From: Bacteroidota bacterium
GTDB lineage: Bacteria; Bacteroidota; Bacteroidia; UKL13-3
NCBI GenBank assembly: GCA_027491085.1
Contig: JAIXWW010000014.1
Location: 79,414 to 143,413 of the forward strand
Length of the DNA stretch: 64,000 nt
Direction of reading: 5' to 3'
The stretch's first letter is position 1. The number at the start of each line of letters is the position of its first letter. A program made the translations under genes and the position numbers. The notes beneath the pieces were generated by a model. It searched no databases. It was not told the DNA's origin and worked only from the letters and a program-made list of their open reading frames with translations. Of this stretch, positions 45,876-55,258 are shown in pieces.

Positions 45876-47840
45876 TTAGTAAATTCGTTTTAACTTAAAC
45901 TCTTTTAGAGGAGTAATAACCAATGGTACTTTTTCAATCAATACCGAACTAGTATCCAATCCAAATGCTTTGGCCTCCGATAAACTTAACCTATCGAGTG
46001 TAAAGTACACATCCATAATCCATTGCTCGTAAGCCGAAAGTTCGTTTTCGTTTGATAGATGGCGTTGTAAAACTACAAATTTAAAATCACCTGTAATATT
46101 TTGTCCTCGTAAAGAAGCATAACGACTGGTAACATCTACCTCGCCATTTAAAACTAACTCTTCTACTACTTTTCTAAAGTAATAATTAATTTTTTGCTCT
46201 ACCCTAAAGCCTAATTTAAACTCTACTTTTATAATATCGTTAGGCACTATATGGTCAACTTTATATTGCATTGTATAAGGTTGATCATCTACATGAATAT
46301 GCACAAACCAATAAATATCGGCACGTTTAGGCTGTTTTTGTAAAATAGAATACATAATTTTTGATTCTATTTCGTTTTGTAAATCGGCACTGGTTAAGTA
46401 AACCAAATGTGTAGCAAACTTAGAAACTGATTCGTCTTTACTTAGTTGTTCTAGAATTGGGATATATGATTTTAACTGAACAAATTCAGTCAATCTGTTT
46501 TTGATTTTACGGCCTTTATACCAAATCCACATTACAAAAATAAACACACTACTTATTACTAAACTTACCCAACCACCATGGGTAAATTTCAATAAATTAG
46601 CAGCTAAAAACGAACCTTCAATAGCCACATAAATTAATAATAATAAAGCTATCAACCACTTATTTATTTTTATATGGCTGAGGTAATTAACCAATAATAA
46701 AGTGGTCATTAACATGGCAATGGTAATAGCCAAACCATAAGCCGCTTCCATTGCTCCAGCTTCTTTAAAATACAAAACAATACCAACACAGCCTGCCCAT
46801 AAAATTAAATTTGCACTAGGCACATAAAGCTGACCTTTCATTTCGCTTGGATATTTTAAAGCAACTTTTGGCCAAACATTAAGTCTAATTGCTTCCGAAA
46901 TTAAAGTAAACGAACCACTGATTAATGCCTGACTAGCAATAATGGTAGCCATGGTAGCAATGGCAATACCATATGGTAAAAACTCGGTAGACATGATACT
47001 ATAGAAAGGATTGATAGCAGCTTGCGCCAATGTTTCACCTTCGTGGCTTAATAAGTTTGCACCTTGTCCAAAATAATTTAGTAACAAAGCCGATTTTACA
47101 AAAATCCAGCTTACACGAATATTCTTTTTACCGCAATGCCCTAAGTCAGAATATAAAGCCTCAGCTCCTGTGGTACAAAGGAAAACTGCACCTAAAATCC
47201 AAAAACCTTCGTGGTAATTTACCAATAAATTATAAGCATAATAGGGGTTTAAGCAGTTTAACACATCTAAATGAGTTCCTATTTTGGCAATACCTAAAAA
47301 CGCTAACATACCAAACCACAAAAACATAATTGGACCAAATGCTTTACCAACTATGGATGTACCAACACGCTGGATTAAAAACAATAAACTTATGATAGCA
47401 ATTACAATTGGCACTGTTGGAATTTCAGAGAAATTAATAGTATCTGATTTTAACAGTCGCAAACCTTCAATGGCTGATGAAACCGAAATAGGTGGAGTAA
47501 TAACCCCATCGGCTAATAAAGCACAACCACCAATAATGGCAGGAAAAATTAAATAGGGCCTGCGCCTACGAACCAAGGCATACAATGAAAAAATACCACC
47601 CTCACCATTATTATCGGCATTTAGGGTAATCAATACATATTTTATTGTGGTTTGTAAGGTTAAAGTCCAAACTATACAGGAAAGCCCTCCATAAATTAAT
47701 TCTTTCGAAATAATTTTATCGCCAACTATGGCATTTAATACATAAAGCGGTGATGTTCCAATATCGCCAAAAATAATTCCAAGTGTAACTAAAAGTCCAG
47801 CTACTGATAGCTTATTATGATTACTGTGATGCTCTCCCAC
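45876..47840 (-). CDS. kup: KUP/HAK/KT family potassium transporter
   Basis: N-terminal signature GIIFGDIGTSPLYV. 12 TM core plus a cytoplasmic C-terminal domain. GTG start. Confidence 0.9.
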   Translation of the reverse strand: MGEHHSNHNKLSVAGLLVTLGIIFGDIGTSPLYVLNAIVGDKIISKELIYGGLSCIVWTLTLQTTIKYVLITLNADNNGEGGIFSLYALVRRRRPYLIFPAIIGGCALLADGVITPPISVSSAIEGLRLLKSDTINFSEIPTVPIVIAIISLLFLIQRVGTSIVGKAFGPIMFLWFGMLAFLGIAKIGTHLDVLNCLNPYYAYNLLVNYHEGFWILGAVFLCTTGAEALYSDLGHCGKKNIRVSWIFVKSALLLNYFGQGANLLSHEGETLAQAAINPFYSIMSTEFLPYGIAIATMATIIASQALISGSFTLISEAIRLNVWPKVALKYPSEMKGQLYVPSANLILWAGCVGIVLYFKEAGAMEAAYGLAITIAMLMTTLLLVNYLSHIKINKWLIALLLLIYVAIEGSFLAANLLKFTHGGWVSLVISSVFIFVMWIWYKGRKIKNRLTEFVQLKSYIPILEQLSKDESVSKFATHLVYLTSADLQNEIESKIMYSILQKQPKRADIYWFVHIHVDDQPYTMQYKVDHIVPNDIIKVEFKLGFRVEQKINYYFRKVVEELVLNGEVDVTSRYASLRGQNITGDFKFVVLQRHLSNENELSAYEQWIMDVYFTLDRLSLSEAKAFGLDTSSVLIEKVPLVITPLKEFKLKRIY

Positions 47841-47866
47841 GTTTCTGTTTTTTTGAAATAAGGTTG

Positions 47867-47897
47867 CAAATGTATAGGTTCATTTATATTCCACAAA
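47867..47897 (-). promoter_or_regulatory. Putative kup promoter TTTG-N19-TACATTTG
   Basis: The reverse strand reads TTTG (47897-47894), a 19 nt spacer, then TACATTTG (47874-47867), about 26 nt upstream of the GTG start. Confidence 0.5.
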
Positions 47898-47951
47898 TTT
47901 TTTATTTAACTATTATTTAGGTGGGTATTAAATAATTAAAAAGAATCCTTA

Positions 47952-48626
47952 GTGGTTTTTGCAAGTAATTATTATTTTGCCAACTTTAATACACCAAAAA
48001 CTATTTTGATTCAAACTATTTTAAAAGGGTATGGAACAGGACTAATACTTTCGCTATCATTTGGCGCAGGTTTTTTTTCATTGCTACATACTAGTATTGA
48101 TAGAGGTTATAAAAAAGGATTATTAATTGCCTTGGGTATGGTTATTAGCGATTTGCTGTTTATTGCCCTCTGTGTATTTGCTGCAAGTTTTGTAGAAAAT
48201 CAATTGCGCCAGCTCGATTCTGAAATACGGTTGGTAGGTTTTATAGCTTTACTAATTTTGGGAATAAGCACTTACCTTAAAAAGCCTAACGACCCAAATC
48301 AAATACAACCACCTGCAAGTGGTAATTTTATTTACATAATGAAAGGCATTATGCTTAATAGCATTAACCCCTTAACACTTTTGTTTTGGCTTGGTTTGGC
48401 CGCATTTATTAAAAGTAGCTTACCAACCTTATTGGAAGTAGTGGTGTTTTTCAGTGTTACCTTAGGTGCCATGTTTTTACACCAATTTATTATTTGTTAT
48501 TCGGCCAATAAAGTGAAACACCTATTATCTATTAAAAAACAACAATTACTCAACCATATTATTGGGGTTGTGTTCGTGGTAGTAGCTTTTGTTTTGGTAT
48601 GGCCAGTAGTGCAAAAAATCATGTAA
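47952..48626 (+). CDS. LysE family amino-acid exporter
   Basis: Six-helix protein with a family-like N-terminus (GYGTGLILSLSFGAGFF). The track start is GTG; an alternative TTG at 48006 would give a more typical N-terminus. Confidence 0.6.
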   Translation: MVFASNYYFANFNTPKTILIQTILKGYGTGLILSLSFGAGFFSLLHTSIDRGYKKGLLIALGMVISDLLFIALCVFAASFVENQLRQLDSEIRLVGFIALLILGISTYLKKPNDPNQIQPPASGNFIYIMKGIMLNSINPLTLLFWLGLAAFIKSSLPTLLEVVVFFSVTLGAMFLHQFIICYSANKVKHLLSIKKQQLLNHIIGVVFVVVAFVLVWPVVQKIM

Positions 48627-48645
48627 GTTATTAGGTTTGAAAATA

Positions 48646-48653
48646 TACTTTCG
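48646..48653 (+). promoter_or_regulatory. Putative -7 box TACTTTCG upstream of glyA
   Basis: The same octamer as at 253-260 and 19417-19424, 24 nt before the ATG. Confidence 0.3.
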
Positions 48654-48676
48654 TAAAAATATTATTTAGAAAAACT

Positions 48677-49948
48677 ATGCAAAGAGATACCGTTATATTT
48701 GATTTGATTAATCAAGAAAAAAGCCGCCAAGAACATGGCATTGAGTTAATTGCCTCTGAAAATTTTACTAGCCCACAAGTAATGGAAGCTATGGGAAGCG
48801 TATTAACCAATAAATATGCTGAAGGCTTACCAGGAAAACGCTATTATGGCGGTTGCGAAATAGTTGATGTAGTTGAAAATTTAGCCATCGATAGATTAAA
48901 ACAAATTTTTGGCGCTACTTGGGCCAATGTTCAACCTCACTCGGGAGCGCAAGCCAATGCTGCGGTGATGTTAGGTTGCTTAAACCCAGGAGATAAAATT
49001 TTAGGTTTCGACCTTTCGCATGGTGGACATTTAACGCATGGTTCACCTGTTAATTTTTCAGGTAAATTATATGTTCCTTCATTTTATGGTGTAGAGCAAG
49101 AAACTGGCTTAATTGATTGGAATAAAGTAGAAGCAAAAGCACATGCTGAAAAACCTAAAATGATTATTTGTGGTGCTTCGGCTTATAGCCGCGATTGGGA
49201 TTATGCTCGTTTACGCGCCATTGCTGATAGTGTTGGTGCTATTTTATTAGCCGATATTTCTCACCCTGCAGGTTTAATTGTTGGAAAATTATTGAACGAT
49301 CCAATTCAACATTGCCATATTGTTACATCAACTACTCATAAAACTTTACGTGGCCCTCGTGGTGGTATTGTGATGATGGGTAATGATTTTGAAAATCCAT
49401 TTGGACAAAAAACTTTGAAAGGCGAATTGAAAATGATGAGTGCTGTTTTGGATGGTGCTGTTTTCCCTGGAACTCAAGGTGGACCATTAGAGCATGTGAT
49501 TGCAGCGAAAGCGGTAGCCTTTGGCGAATGTTTAACCAATGATTACAAAACTTATGTAAAACAAGTAGCGGTTAATGCGCAAGCTATGGCCAATGCATTT
49601 GTAAACCGTGGGTATAAAATTATTTCTGGCGGAACCGATAATCACCTAATGTTAATTGATTTGCGTAGCAAAAACTTAACTGGAAAATTAGCTGAAGCTG
49701 CTTTAGGCAAAGCTGATATTACCATTAATAAAAACATGGTTCCTTTTGATGATAAATCGCCATTTGTAACAAGTGGAATGCGCGTAGGAACTGCTGCTAT
49801 TACCACTCGTGGTATGATGGAAGCCGATATGGAACAAATTGTTGATTATATTGATACTGCCTTAATGAACAATGATAACGAAACCACCCTTGCCGATATT
49901 AGAAAAAATATCAATACTTGGATGGCTAAATTTCCATTGTACAAGTAG
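48677..49948 (+). CDS. glyA: Serine hydroxymethyltransferase
   Basis: SHMT signatures are present ([10 protein letters not shown], the PLP-Lys region [14 protein letters not shown]). Confidence 0.95.
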   Translation: MQRDTVIFDLINQEKSRQEHGIELIASENFTSPQVMEAMGSVLTNKYAEGLPGKRYYGGCEIVDVVENLAIDRLKQIFGATWANVQPHSGAQANAAVMLGCLNPGDKILGFDLSHGGHLTHGSPVNFSGKLYVPSFYGVEQETGLIDWNKVEAKAHAEKPKMIICGASAYSRDWDYARLRAIADSVGAILLADISHPAGLIVGKLLNDPIQHCHIVTSTTHKTLRGPRGGIVMMGNDFENPFGQKTLKGELKMMSAVLDGAVFPGTQGGPLEHVIAAKAVAFGECLTNDYKTYVKQVAVNAQAMANAFVNRGYKIISGGTDNHLMLIDLRSKNLTGKLAEAALGKADITINKNMVPFDDKSPFVTSGMRVGTAAITTRGMMEADMEQIVDYIDTALMNNDNETTLADIRKNINTWMAKFPLYK

Positions 49949-50008
49949 GTTTGTTGGTTGATTGAGTTATTGTTTGACGGGTTGATTGGTTAATCAGTTG
50001 TAATCAAC
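49949..50008. repeat. T/G-rich word repeat (GTTTGTTGG TTGATTGAG TTATTGTTTGACGG GTTGATTGG TTAATCAGTTGTAATCAAC)
   Basis: Starts immediately after the glyA stop and precedes the terminator. Confidence 0.6.
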
Positions 50009-50016
50009 ATAAATAA

Positions 50017-50052
50017 AAATCCCTTTCAGTTTATATTGAAAGGGATTTTTTT
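50017..50052 (+). terminator. Intrinsic terminator after glyA
   Basis: A 12 bp stem AAATCCCTTTCA/TGAAAGGGATTT with an 8 nt loop, followed by a T run. Confidence 0.8.
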
Positions 50053-50154
50053 ATGCCAAATAAATTCCGTTTAAAACTAGAATCTAACCTTTGAAGTAGT
50101 TTTGCTAAAATACTAATTACTAATATTTTAAAATTGAGTATAAATTTTTAAAAT

Positions 50155-50397
50155 ATGAAAACACCTTTTAACAAATTTCTTTACATTGGTTTCATCATCA
50201 TGGGATTGTACCAAACTTTTTTCACCAATGATTATATGCAAGCTGCCGCATCTATGGGAATTGGCTTAGCTTTTGACCCATTTGATACTGAACAAAAATG
50301 GAACGAAAGACCTAATTGGCAAAAAGCAGTTTTAATTATTCATATAGCTGCAGTGGCCGCTTTATTTGGTTATGGTGTTGGTTTGAATGATAAATAA
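50155..50397 (+). CDS. Small two-helix membrane protein (hypothetical)
   Basis: 80 aa with two hydrophobic helices and a conserved-looking loop FDPFDTEQKWNERPNWQK. Confidence 0.45.
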   Translation: MKTPFNKFLYIGFIIMGLYQTFFTNDYMQAAASMGIGLAFDPFDTEQKWNERPNWQKAVLIIHIAAVAALFGYGVGLNDK

Positions 50398-50406
50398 AAC
50401 CAAACA

Positions 50407-50916
50407 TTAATTACTTGAAGGTTCCCAAAGTTCTATTTTATTGCCTTCATTGTCCATAATGTGAACAAACTTTCCGTAATCAAAAGTTTCAATCGAATCT
50501 AAAACATTTACACCATTTGCTTTTAATTGGACTACCAATCCTTCTATGTTTTGCACACGGTAGTTAATCATAAACTCTTTTTTTGAGGGTGCAAAATATT
50601 CGCTTCCCTTTTTAAATGGACTCCATTGCAAAGTGTTTATTTCATCAGGTTTATCTAGGCTTCTCGATTCAAAGCTAGCGCCATAATCGTTGGCATCAAT
50701 GCCTAAGTTTTTTTTGTACCATGCTCTTATTTCCTTTGGGTTTTCAGAAAAAAAGAAAATACCACCCACACCAGTTACTTTAGGTGTGGTATCGTTAGTT
50801 TGGGTATCGTTGGTTTTTTGTTCCATGTTTTGTTTTACTTTATATTCAAAGTTGCAACTTACAAAAGTTCCATTCATTACAAACAAAACTGCTATTAATA
50901 TGACTGAGTTTTTCAT
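50407..50916 (-). CDS. VOC (glyoxalase/bleomycin-resistance fold) family protein with a signal peptide
   Basis: The C-terminal beta-alpha-beta module with FVHIMDNEGNKIELWEP is typical of VOC proteins. The N-terminus is hydrophobic and ends FVSC. Confidence 0.65.
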   Translation of the reverse strand: MKNSVILIAVLFVMNGTFVSCNFEYKVKQNMEQKTNDTQTNDTTPKVTGVGGIFFFSENPKEIRAWYKKNLGIDANDYGASFESRSLDKPDEINTLQWSPFKKGSEYFAPSKKEFMINYRVQNIEGLVVQLKANGVNVLDSIETFDYGKFVHIMDNEGNKIELWEPSSN

Positions 50917-51193
50917 TAGTTTTAATAAAAAACAATGATAATAAAATTGAAAATTGATTTCTAATTAAAACCAACTTCTCATTTACCTCTTTTAAAGCAC
51001 AAACAATGAAACATTAAATTTGATTATTGGCGAAATAAAAGTAATGATAGAAATGCATAAAATAATAATTCTGGCATTTATACTGAGAAGTATTTTATAA
51101 AATTTGTTTATGATTTTTTTGAATTAATTACCTTCAAATTTATTTTATAAAAAACCAAAAAAATCTATTAAAGTGTTTGGTGTATTTCGTTCC

Positions 51194-52078
51194 TTATTCA
51201 GCTGCTATTGCAATTTTGGTTGGAGCAACTGTGCCAGAATATGTTTTAGCATAAACGTAAGTAAACTCAGCACCAAAAAACATAATTATGGAGGAATAAG
51301 AAACCCATAATAAAATTAAGATTACAGAACCTGCAGCACCATAAACCGAGGCGGGATTAGCTTTTCCAAAATAATAAGCAAGCGCAGTTTTTCCTATGGT
51401 AAATAATATTCCGGTTATTAATGAACCCAACCAAACCTGCTTCCACTTTATTTCGGCATCGGGTAAAACTTTAAACATTAATGCAAACAAAAACGAAATT
51501 ACGGCAAGCGACAATAAAAAGTTAATGATGCTAAAAACTGAAATCATAAAAGGTGAAGTATCCACTTTTATCCAATTGCTCATGGCAGCTATGGCGGTAG
51601 AAATAACTAATGAAATAGTTAACAAAAAAGCAATAGCCAATATTAATCCAAACGAAAACAACCTTGCTTTTAAAATAGGCAAAATACCTTTTTGAGCCAC
51701 TGTTTTAACTTGCCAAATTACATTGAGTGTTTTTTGTAATTCAACAAATACGCCTGTAGCGCCAATTAATAAAATAATTACACCCACAATAGAACCCCAA
51801 AGTGTGGCTTTTGATTCGTTGGCTTTCTCTAATATTTGGCTAATTTGAGCAGCAGTGCTTGCCCCCATGCTTTTCGATATTTCATGGATGAGGTCATTAT
51901 TTACGGTTTCATTCCCAAAAAAATAGCCCATAATGGTAACTATTAAAAGTAACAAACCTGGAATACTAAAAATGGCGTAGTAGGCTATAATTGCGCTTTC
52001 TCTAAATGGGTCTATATTAATCCAAGCCTCAAAACTATCTTTAAAAAGTTTACCCAAATGTTTAAGTTTAAATGCCAT
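51194..52078 (-). CDS. YihY/BrkB family membrane protein
   Basis: N-terminus FKDSFEAWINIDPFRESAIIAYYAIFSIPGLLLL and six helices, as is typical for YihY. Confidence 0.85.
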   Translation of the reverse strand: MAFKLKHLGKLFKDSFEAWINIDPFRESAIIAYYAIFSIPGLLLLIVTIMGYFFGNETVNNDLIHEISKSMGASTAAQISQILEKANESKATLWGSIVGVIILLIGATGVFVELQKTLNVIWQVKTVAQKGILPILKARLFSFGLILAIAFLLTISLVISTAIAAMSNWIKVDTSPFMISVFSIINFLLSLAVISFLFALMFKVLPDAEIKWKQVWLGSLITGILFTIGKTALAYYFGKANPASVYGAAGSVILILLWVSYSSIIMFFGAEFTYVYAKTYSGTVAPTKIAIAAE

Positions 52079-52253
52079 TATTTAACCTTGGTATTCTTTT
52101 TATTTAATTTAATACCTGCTTTGGTAATTTTTTTAGGTGAACCTGCTATTTGATTAGGATCATTCGCATTGGGTTTTTCTCTTTTAAAATCTTGATATGT
52201 TTTTTTCTCTAACAAGTTAATGGTTTCAATGGTATTTATGGTTTTTAAAGTTT

Positions 52254-52568
52254 TCATTTTGATGTATTGTTAAATTTATAAGCTATTAATTTAGTTGGTT
52301 TTACTTTTTTAGTATTACCTACTATTTTTCTTCCTATAATATACCTTGTTATTATGGAACCCACCACTAAAATGAGCAACAAATGAATGAAAACACCCGC
52401 GCCAAAAAAGAAAAAGCCCAAATGACCAAAAAAACTTTTGCTGAAATATGTAAAAATTGCATTGACATATTGTTTGTTTTTTGCTACAAAAGTGGCTTTA
52501 AGAAGCATATAACTCATTACATAATTATTTAAAGTGTTACATATATCACACCTTAAAAGGGGTATCAT
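52254..52568 (-). CDS. Small hypothetical membrane protein
   Basis: Track ORF with one strong TM helix (GFFFFGAGVFIHLLLILVVGSII) and a basic tail. The real start may be the internal MSYMLL. Confidence 0.3.
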   Translation of the reverse strand: MIPLLRCDICNTLNNYVMSYMLLKATFVAKNKQYVNAIFTYFSKSFFGHLGFFFFGAGVFIHLLLILVVGSIITRYIIGRKIVGNTKKVKPTKLIAYKFNNTSK

Positions 52569-52734
52569 TTGAGAAATTTAGGAGTAAAAAACTTTGCTAG
52601 TGTTTCGGGGGTGTGCCAATTAAAAAACCTTTGGCTTAAATACAAAACCAAAACCACTTCGGCTAAAACCGAAAGAGGTTTCTTCACTTAAAACTTACCC
52701 CACATTTCCCGCTTTTAAAATCCTTTACAAACAA

Positions 52735-52742
52735 TATATTTG
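52735..52742 (+). promoter_or_regulatory. Putative -7 box TATATTTG upstream of the M28 peptidase gene
   Basis: An exact TAnnTTTG match, 25 nt before the ATG at 52767. Confidence 0.4.
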
Positions 52743-52766
52743 AATGCATAAAATATATAATCGGTA

Positions 52767-54131
52767 ATGAACAAAATTTTTATACTTTTATTTTCTCTTT
52801 ATTGCTTCCAACTAACGGCTCAAACCAATGATGCTGCTGTTATTAAACAAATTACTGACGAGGTATTGCTCAACGGAAAAGCATATTCAGACCTGCGTGA
52901 TTTATGTAAAAAAGTAGGTAACCGAATCAGTGGTAGTCCGCAGGCCGAAAAAGCTGTACAGTTAATGTATAACAAAATGAAAAGTTATGGTTTTGATAGT
53001 GTGTGGCTTCAACCTGTTATGGTTCCGCGTTGGGTAAGAGGCAGTAAACAAACCGAAATTGGTAAAATTATCAATGAAAATAAACCTTATAAAGTAAATA
53101 TTTTAGCTTTAGGCGGCTCAGTATCTACTCCTAAAAATGGCATTACAGCCAATGTAATTGAAGTAAAAAACTTTGAAGAATTAAAAAGTTTAGGCAAAGA
53201 AAAAATTGCTGGTAAAATTGTTTTTTTTAACCGCCCCATGGACCCAACTCAAATTATTACTGGAAGTGCTTATGGAGGTGCTGTAAACCAACGTGGGCGC
53301 GGAGCTACCGAAGCTGCCAAATATGGAGCCATTGGTGTAGTAGTGCGTAGTATGACTTTAGCTCACGATGAATTTGCTCATACAGGCGCTATGTATTACA
53401 ATGATTCTTTTCCAAAAATTCCTGCTTGTGCCATTAGCAGTAACCATGCCGATGCATTGAGTAAATCTATCAAACAAAATAATCGAACCCAATTTTATTT
53501 TAACTTAAATTGCCAAAACACCATTGATAGTGTATTGAGCTATAACGTAATTGGGCAAATAAACGGAACTACCAAAGCCAACGAAATTATTTTAGTAGGA
53601 GGCCATTTAGATAGTTGGGATGTAGGCGAAGGTGCTCACGATGATGGGGCAGGTTGTGTGCAAAGTACAGAAGTATTGCGTTTGTTTAAAACCTTAAATT
53701 TAAAACCACAGCGTACATTGCGCGCAGTACTTTTTATGAATGAAGAAAATGGTTTGCGTGGTGGCATAAAATATGCTGAGTTAGCAGCTTTGAACAAAGA
53801 AAATCATTATGCAGCCATTGAAACTGATGCAGGAGGTTTTGTACCGCGTGGTTTTGGCATTAGCGATTCTACCGTTTATAAAAATATGGCCGCCAAAGCA
53901 CATTTGTTTAGAAACTATGGTTGGGATAAAATAGACCTCGGTGGCGGTGGTGCCGATATTGGTCCTTTAAAAAATAATTGCAAAGCATTAATTGGTTATG
54001 TACCTGATTCGCAACGCTATTTTGATTACCACCATACCGAAAACGATGTATTTGAAGCAGTAAATGAACGAGAGTTGCATTTAGGTGCTGCCGCAATAGG
54101 CAGTTTAGTTTGGTTACTTTGTAACGAATAA
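52767..54131 (+). CDS. M28 family metallopeptidase with a PA domain, secreted
   Basis: Signal peptide ending LTAQ. Zinc-ligand motifs are present (GGHLDSWDVGEGAHDDGAG, FMNEENGLRG, DYHHTENDV). Confidence 0.85.
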   Translation: MNKIFILLFSLYCFQLTAQTNDAAVIKQITDEVLLNGKAYSDLRDLCKKVGNRISGSPQAEKAVQLMYNKMKSYGFDSVWLQPVMVPRWVRGSKQTEIGKIINENKPYKVNILALGGSVSTPKNGITANVIEVKNFEELKSLGKEKIAGKIVFFNRPMDPTQIITGSAYGGAVNQRGRGATEAAKYGAIGVVVRSMTLAHDEFAHTGAMYYNDSFPKIPACAISSNHADALSKSIKQNNRTQFYFNLNCQNTIDSVLSYNVIGQINGTTKANEIILVGGHLDSWDVGEGAHDDGAGCVQSTEVLRLFKTLNLKPQRTLRAVLFMNEENGLRGGIKYAELAALNKENHYAAIETDAGGFVPRGFGISDSTVYKNMAAKAHLFRNYGWDKIDLGGGGADIGPLKNNCKALIGYVPDSQRYFDYHHTENDVFEAVNERELHLGAAAIGSLVWLLCNE

Positions 54132-54219
54132 TTTACAATAGCTAAACATAAAACATAAACTAAAATATACATTTGTAAACCTAGAAAAAGAAAAACTATT
54201 AATTAATTAACCAAATAAG

Positions 54220-55080
54220 ATGAGTGCAGAGACAAAAGAATTAATTTTTAAAAAAATTGGAATAGCCATTGCGTTTTCGCCAAGGCTTGAGGCTATTATA
54301 GCTGAAGCATCAAAAATGCAAAAAGGATTTGTATCCAACTTGTTTTTTATTCATGTTGGAAAACAAAGTGCTGAAGACGAAAAAACATTAAATGAACTTT
54401 TTGATAAATACCATTTAAACAACTCGCAATTAATTTGGCGCGAAGGCGAACCTGTTGAAACTATTTTACAAATATGCGAAGATGAGCAGTTTGATTTATT
54501 AGTAGCAGGTGCTTTAGAAAAAGAAAGTTTAATAAAATATTTTATGGGCAGTGTGGCTCGTAAATTAAGCCGCAGGGTAAAATGCAGCATGTTAATGCTT
54601 ACCGAACCTATGATAGAATCGAACCCTTTAAAACGCATAGTGGTTGAAGGTTCTGATAATCCAAAAACAGTTAACACCATTGCCAAAGCCATTGAAATAG
54701 CCAAAGCTTTTGAGGTGAAATATGTAGATGTAATACAAGAAACTGATTTAAGCAAAGCCGCCTTAATACGCAGCGATGAGTTTAAAGAAAACGAAATGGC
54801 TCATCACAAAGAGCAATTAATTAGCGAAGAAAATAAAAAACTAGAATACATTTTAAGTTGCAACGATTGTGGCGGTTTAAAAGTAAATGTAGAACGCATA
54901 GAAGGAAAGCCAGGTTACGTAATTACCAAATATGCTCGCGAAAACGAAGCAGATTTATTGGTACTAAACTCACCTGATAGAAAACTAAATTTAATTGACC
55001 GTGTTTTTCCCACTGATATAGAATTTGCCTTAGCCGATTTGCCTTGTAATTTATTATTGGTAAACGAAGATGGGGTTTAG
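54220..55080 (+). CDS. Tandem universal stress protein (UspA) domain protein
   Basis: Two Usp-like halves, each ending in a G..GS/R...L motif (MGSVARKLSRRVKCSMLML and a second half ending NLLLV). Confidence 0.7.
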   Translation: MSAETKELIFKKIGIAIAFSPRLEAIIAEASKMQKGFVSNLFFIHVGKQSAEDEKTLNELFDKYHLNNSQLIWREGEPVETILQICEDEQFDLLVAGALEKESLIKYFMGSVARKLSRRVKCSMLMLTEPMIESNPLKRIVVEGSDNPKTVNTIAKAIEIAKAFEVKYVDVIQETDLSKAALIRSDEFKENEMAHHKEQLISEENKKLEYILSCNDCGGLKVNVERIEGKPGYVITKYARENEADLLVLNSPDRKLNLIDRVFPTDIEFALADLPCNLLLVNEDGV

Positions 55081-55258
55081 TTGATGGTTGACAGTTGTTA
55101 GTTGATAGACCATTGACGATGGATAATAGACAATGAGCAATAGGCAATAAGCAATTAGTTAATAGACGATAGTTAATAGGCAATGGACAATAGACAATAA
55201 AGGAAAATAACAATTCAGCACATAAACACTTTAACACAAAAACACTTCAAACAAACAA
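55081..55258. repeat. Word-repeat spacer: GTTGATGG/TTGACAG/TTGTTAG/TTGATAG words, then AATRRRC heptamers (AATAGAC AATGAGC AATAGGC AATAAGC ... AATGGAC AATAGAC), then an A/C-rich leader containing CAATTCAGC
   Basis: Read directly. It fills the entire spacer between the usp stop and the antiporter ATG. Confidence 0.75.

Noticed and set aside
52078-52258. Possible frameshifted micro-gene between ORF 52254..52568 and yihY. A short ATG-initiated frame overlaps the upstream stop. It is followed, after a T8/A8 homopolymer near 52200-52207, by a start-less ~44-codon open frame whose TAA overlaps the yihY ATG.
   Set aside because: The reading depends on exact homopolymer lengths. My character-level reading of 52254-52260 does not reconcile with the stop position given in the ORF track, so I cannot trust the frames. 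It is worth a look with software but is not supportable by eye.
54923-55237. 104 aa - strand ORF spanning the usp-antiporter spacer, and the similar ORF at 16384..16578.
   Set aside because: They are produced by reading through stop-poor word repeats. The peptide (CLLPIAHCLLSIV...) mirrors the repeat periodicity, and the ORF overlaps the usp 3' end.
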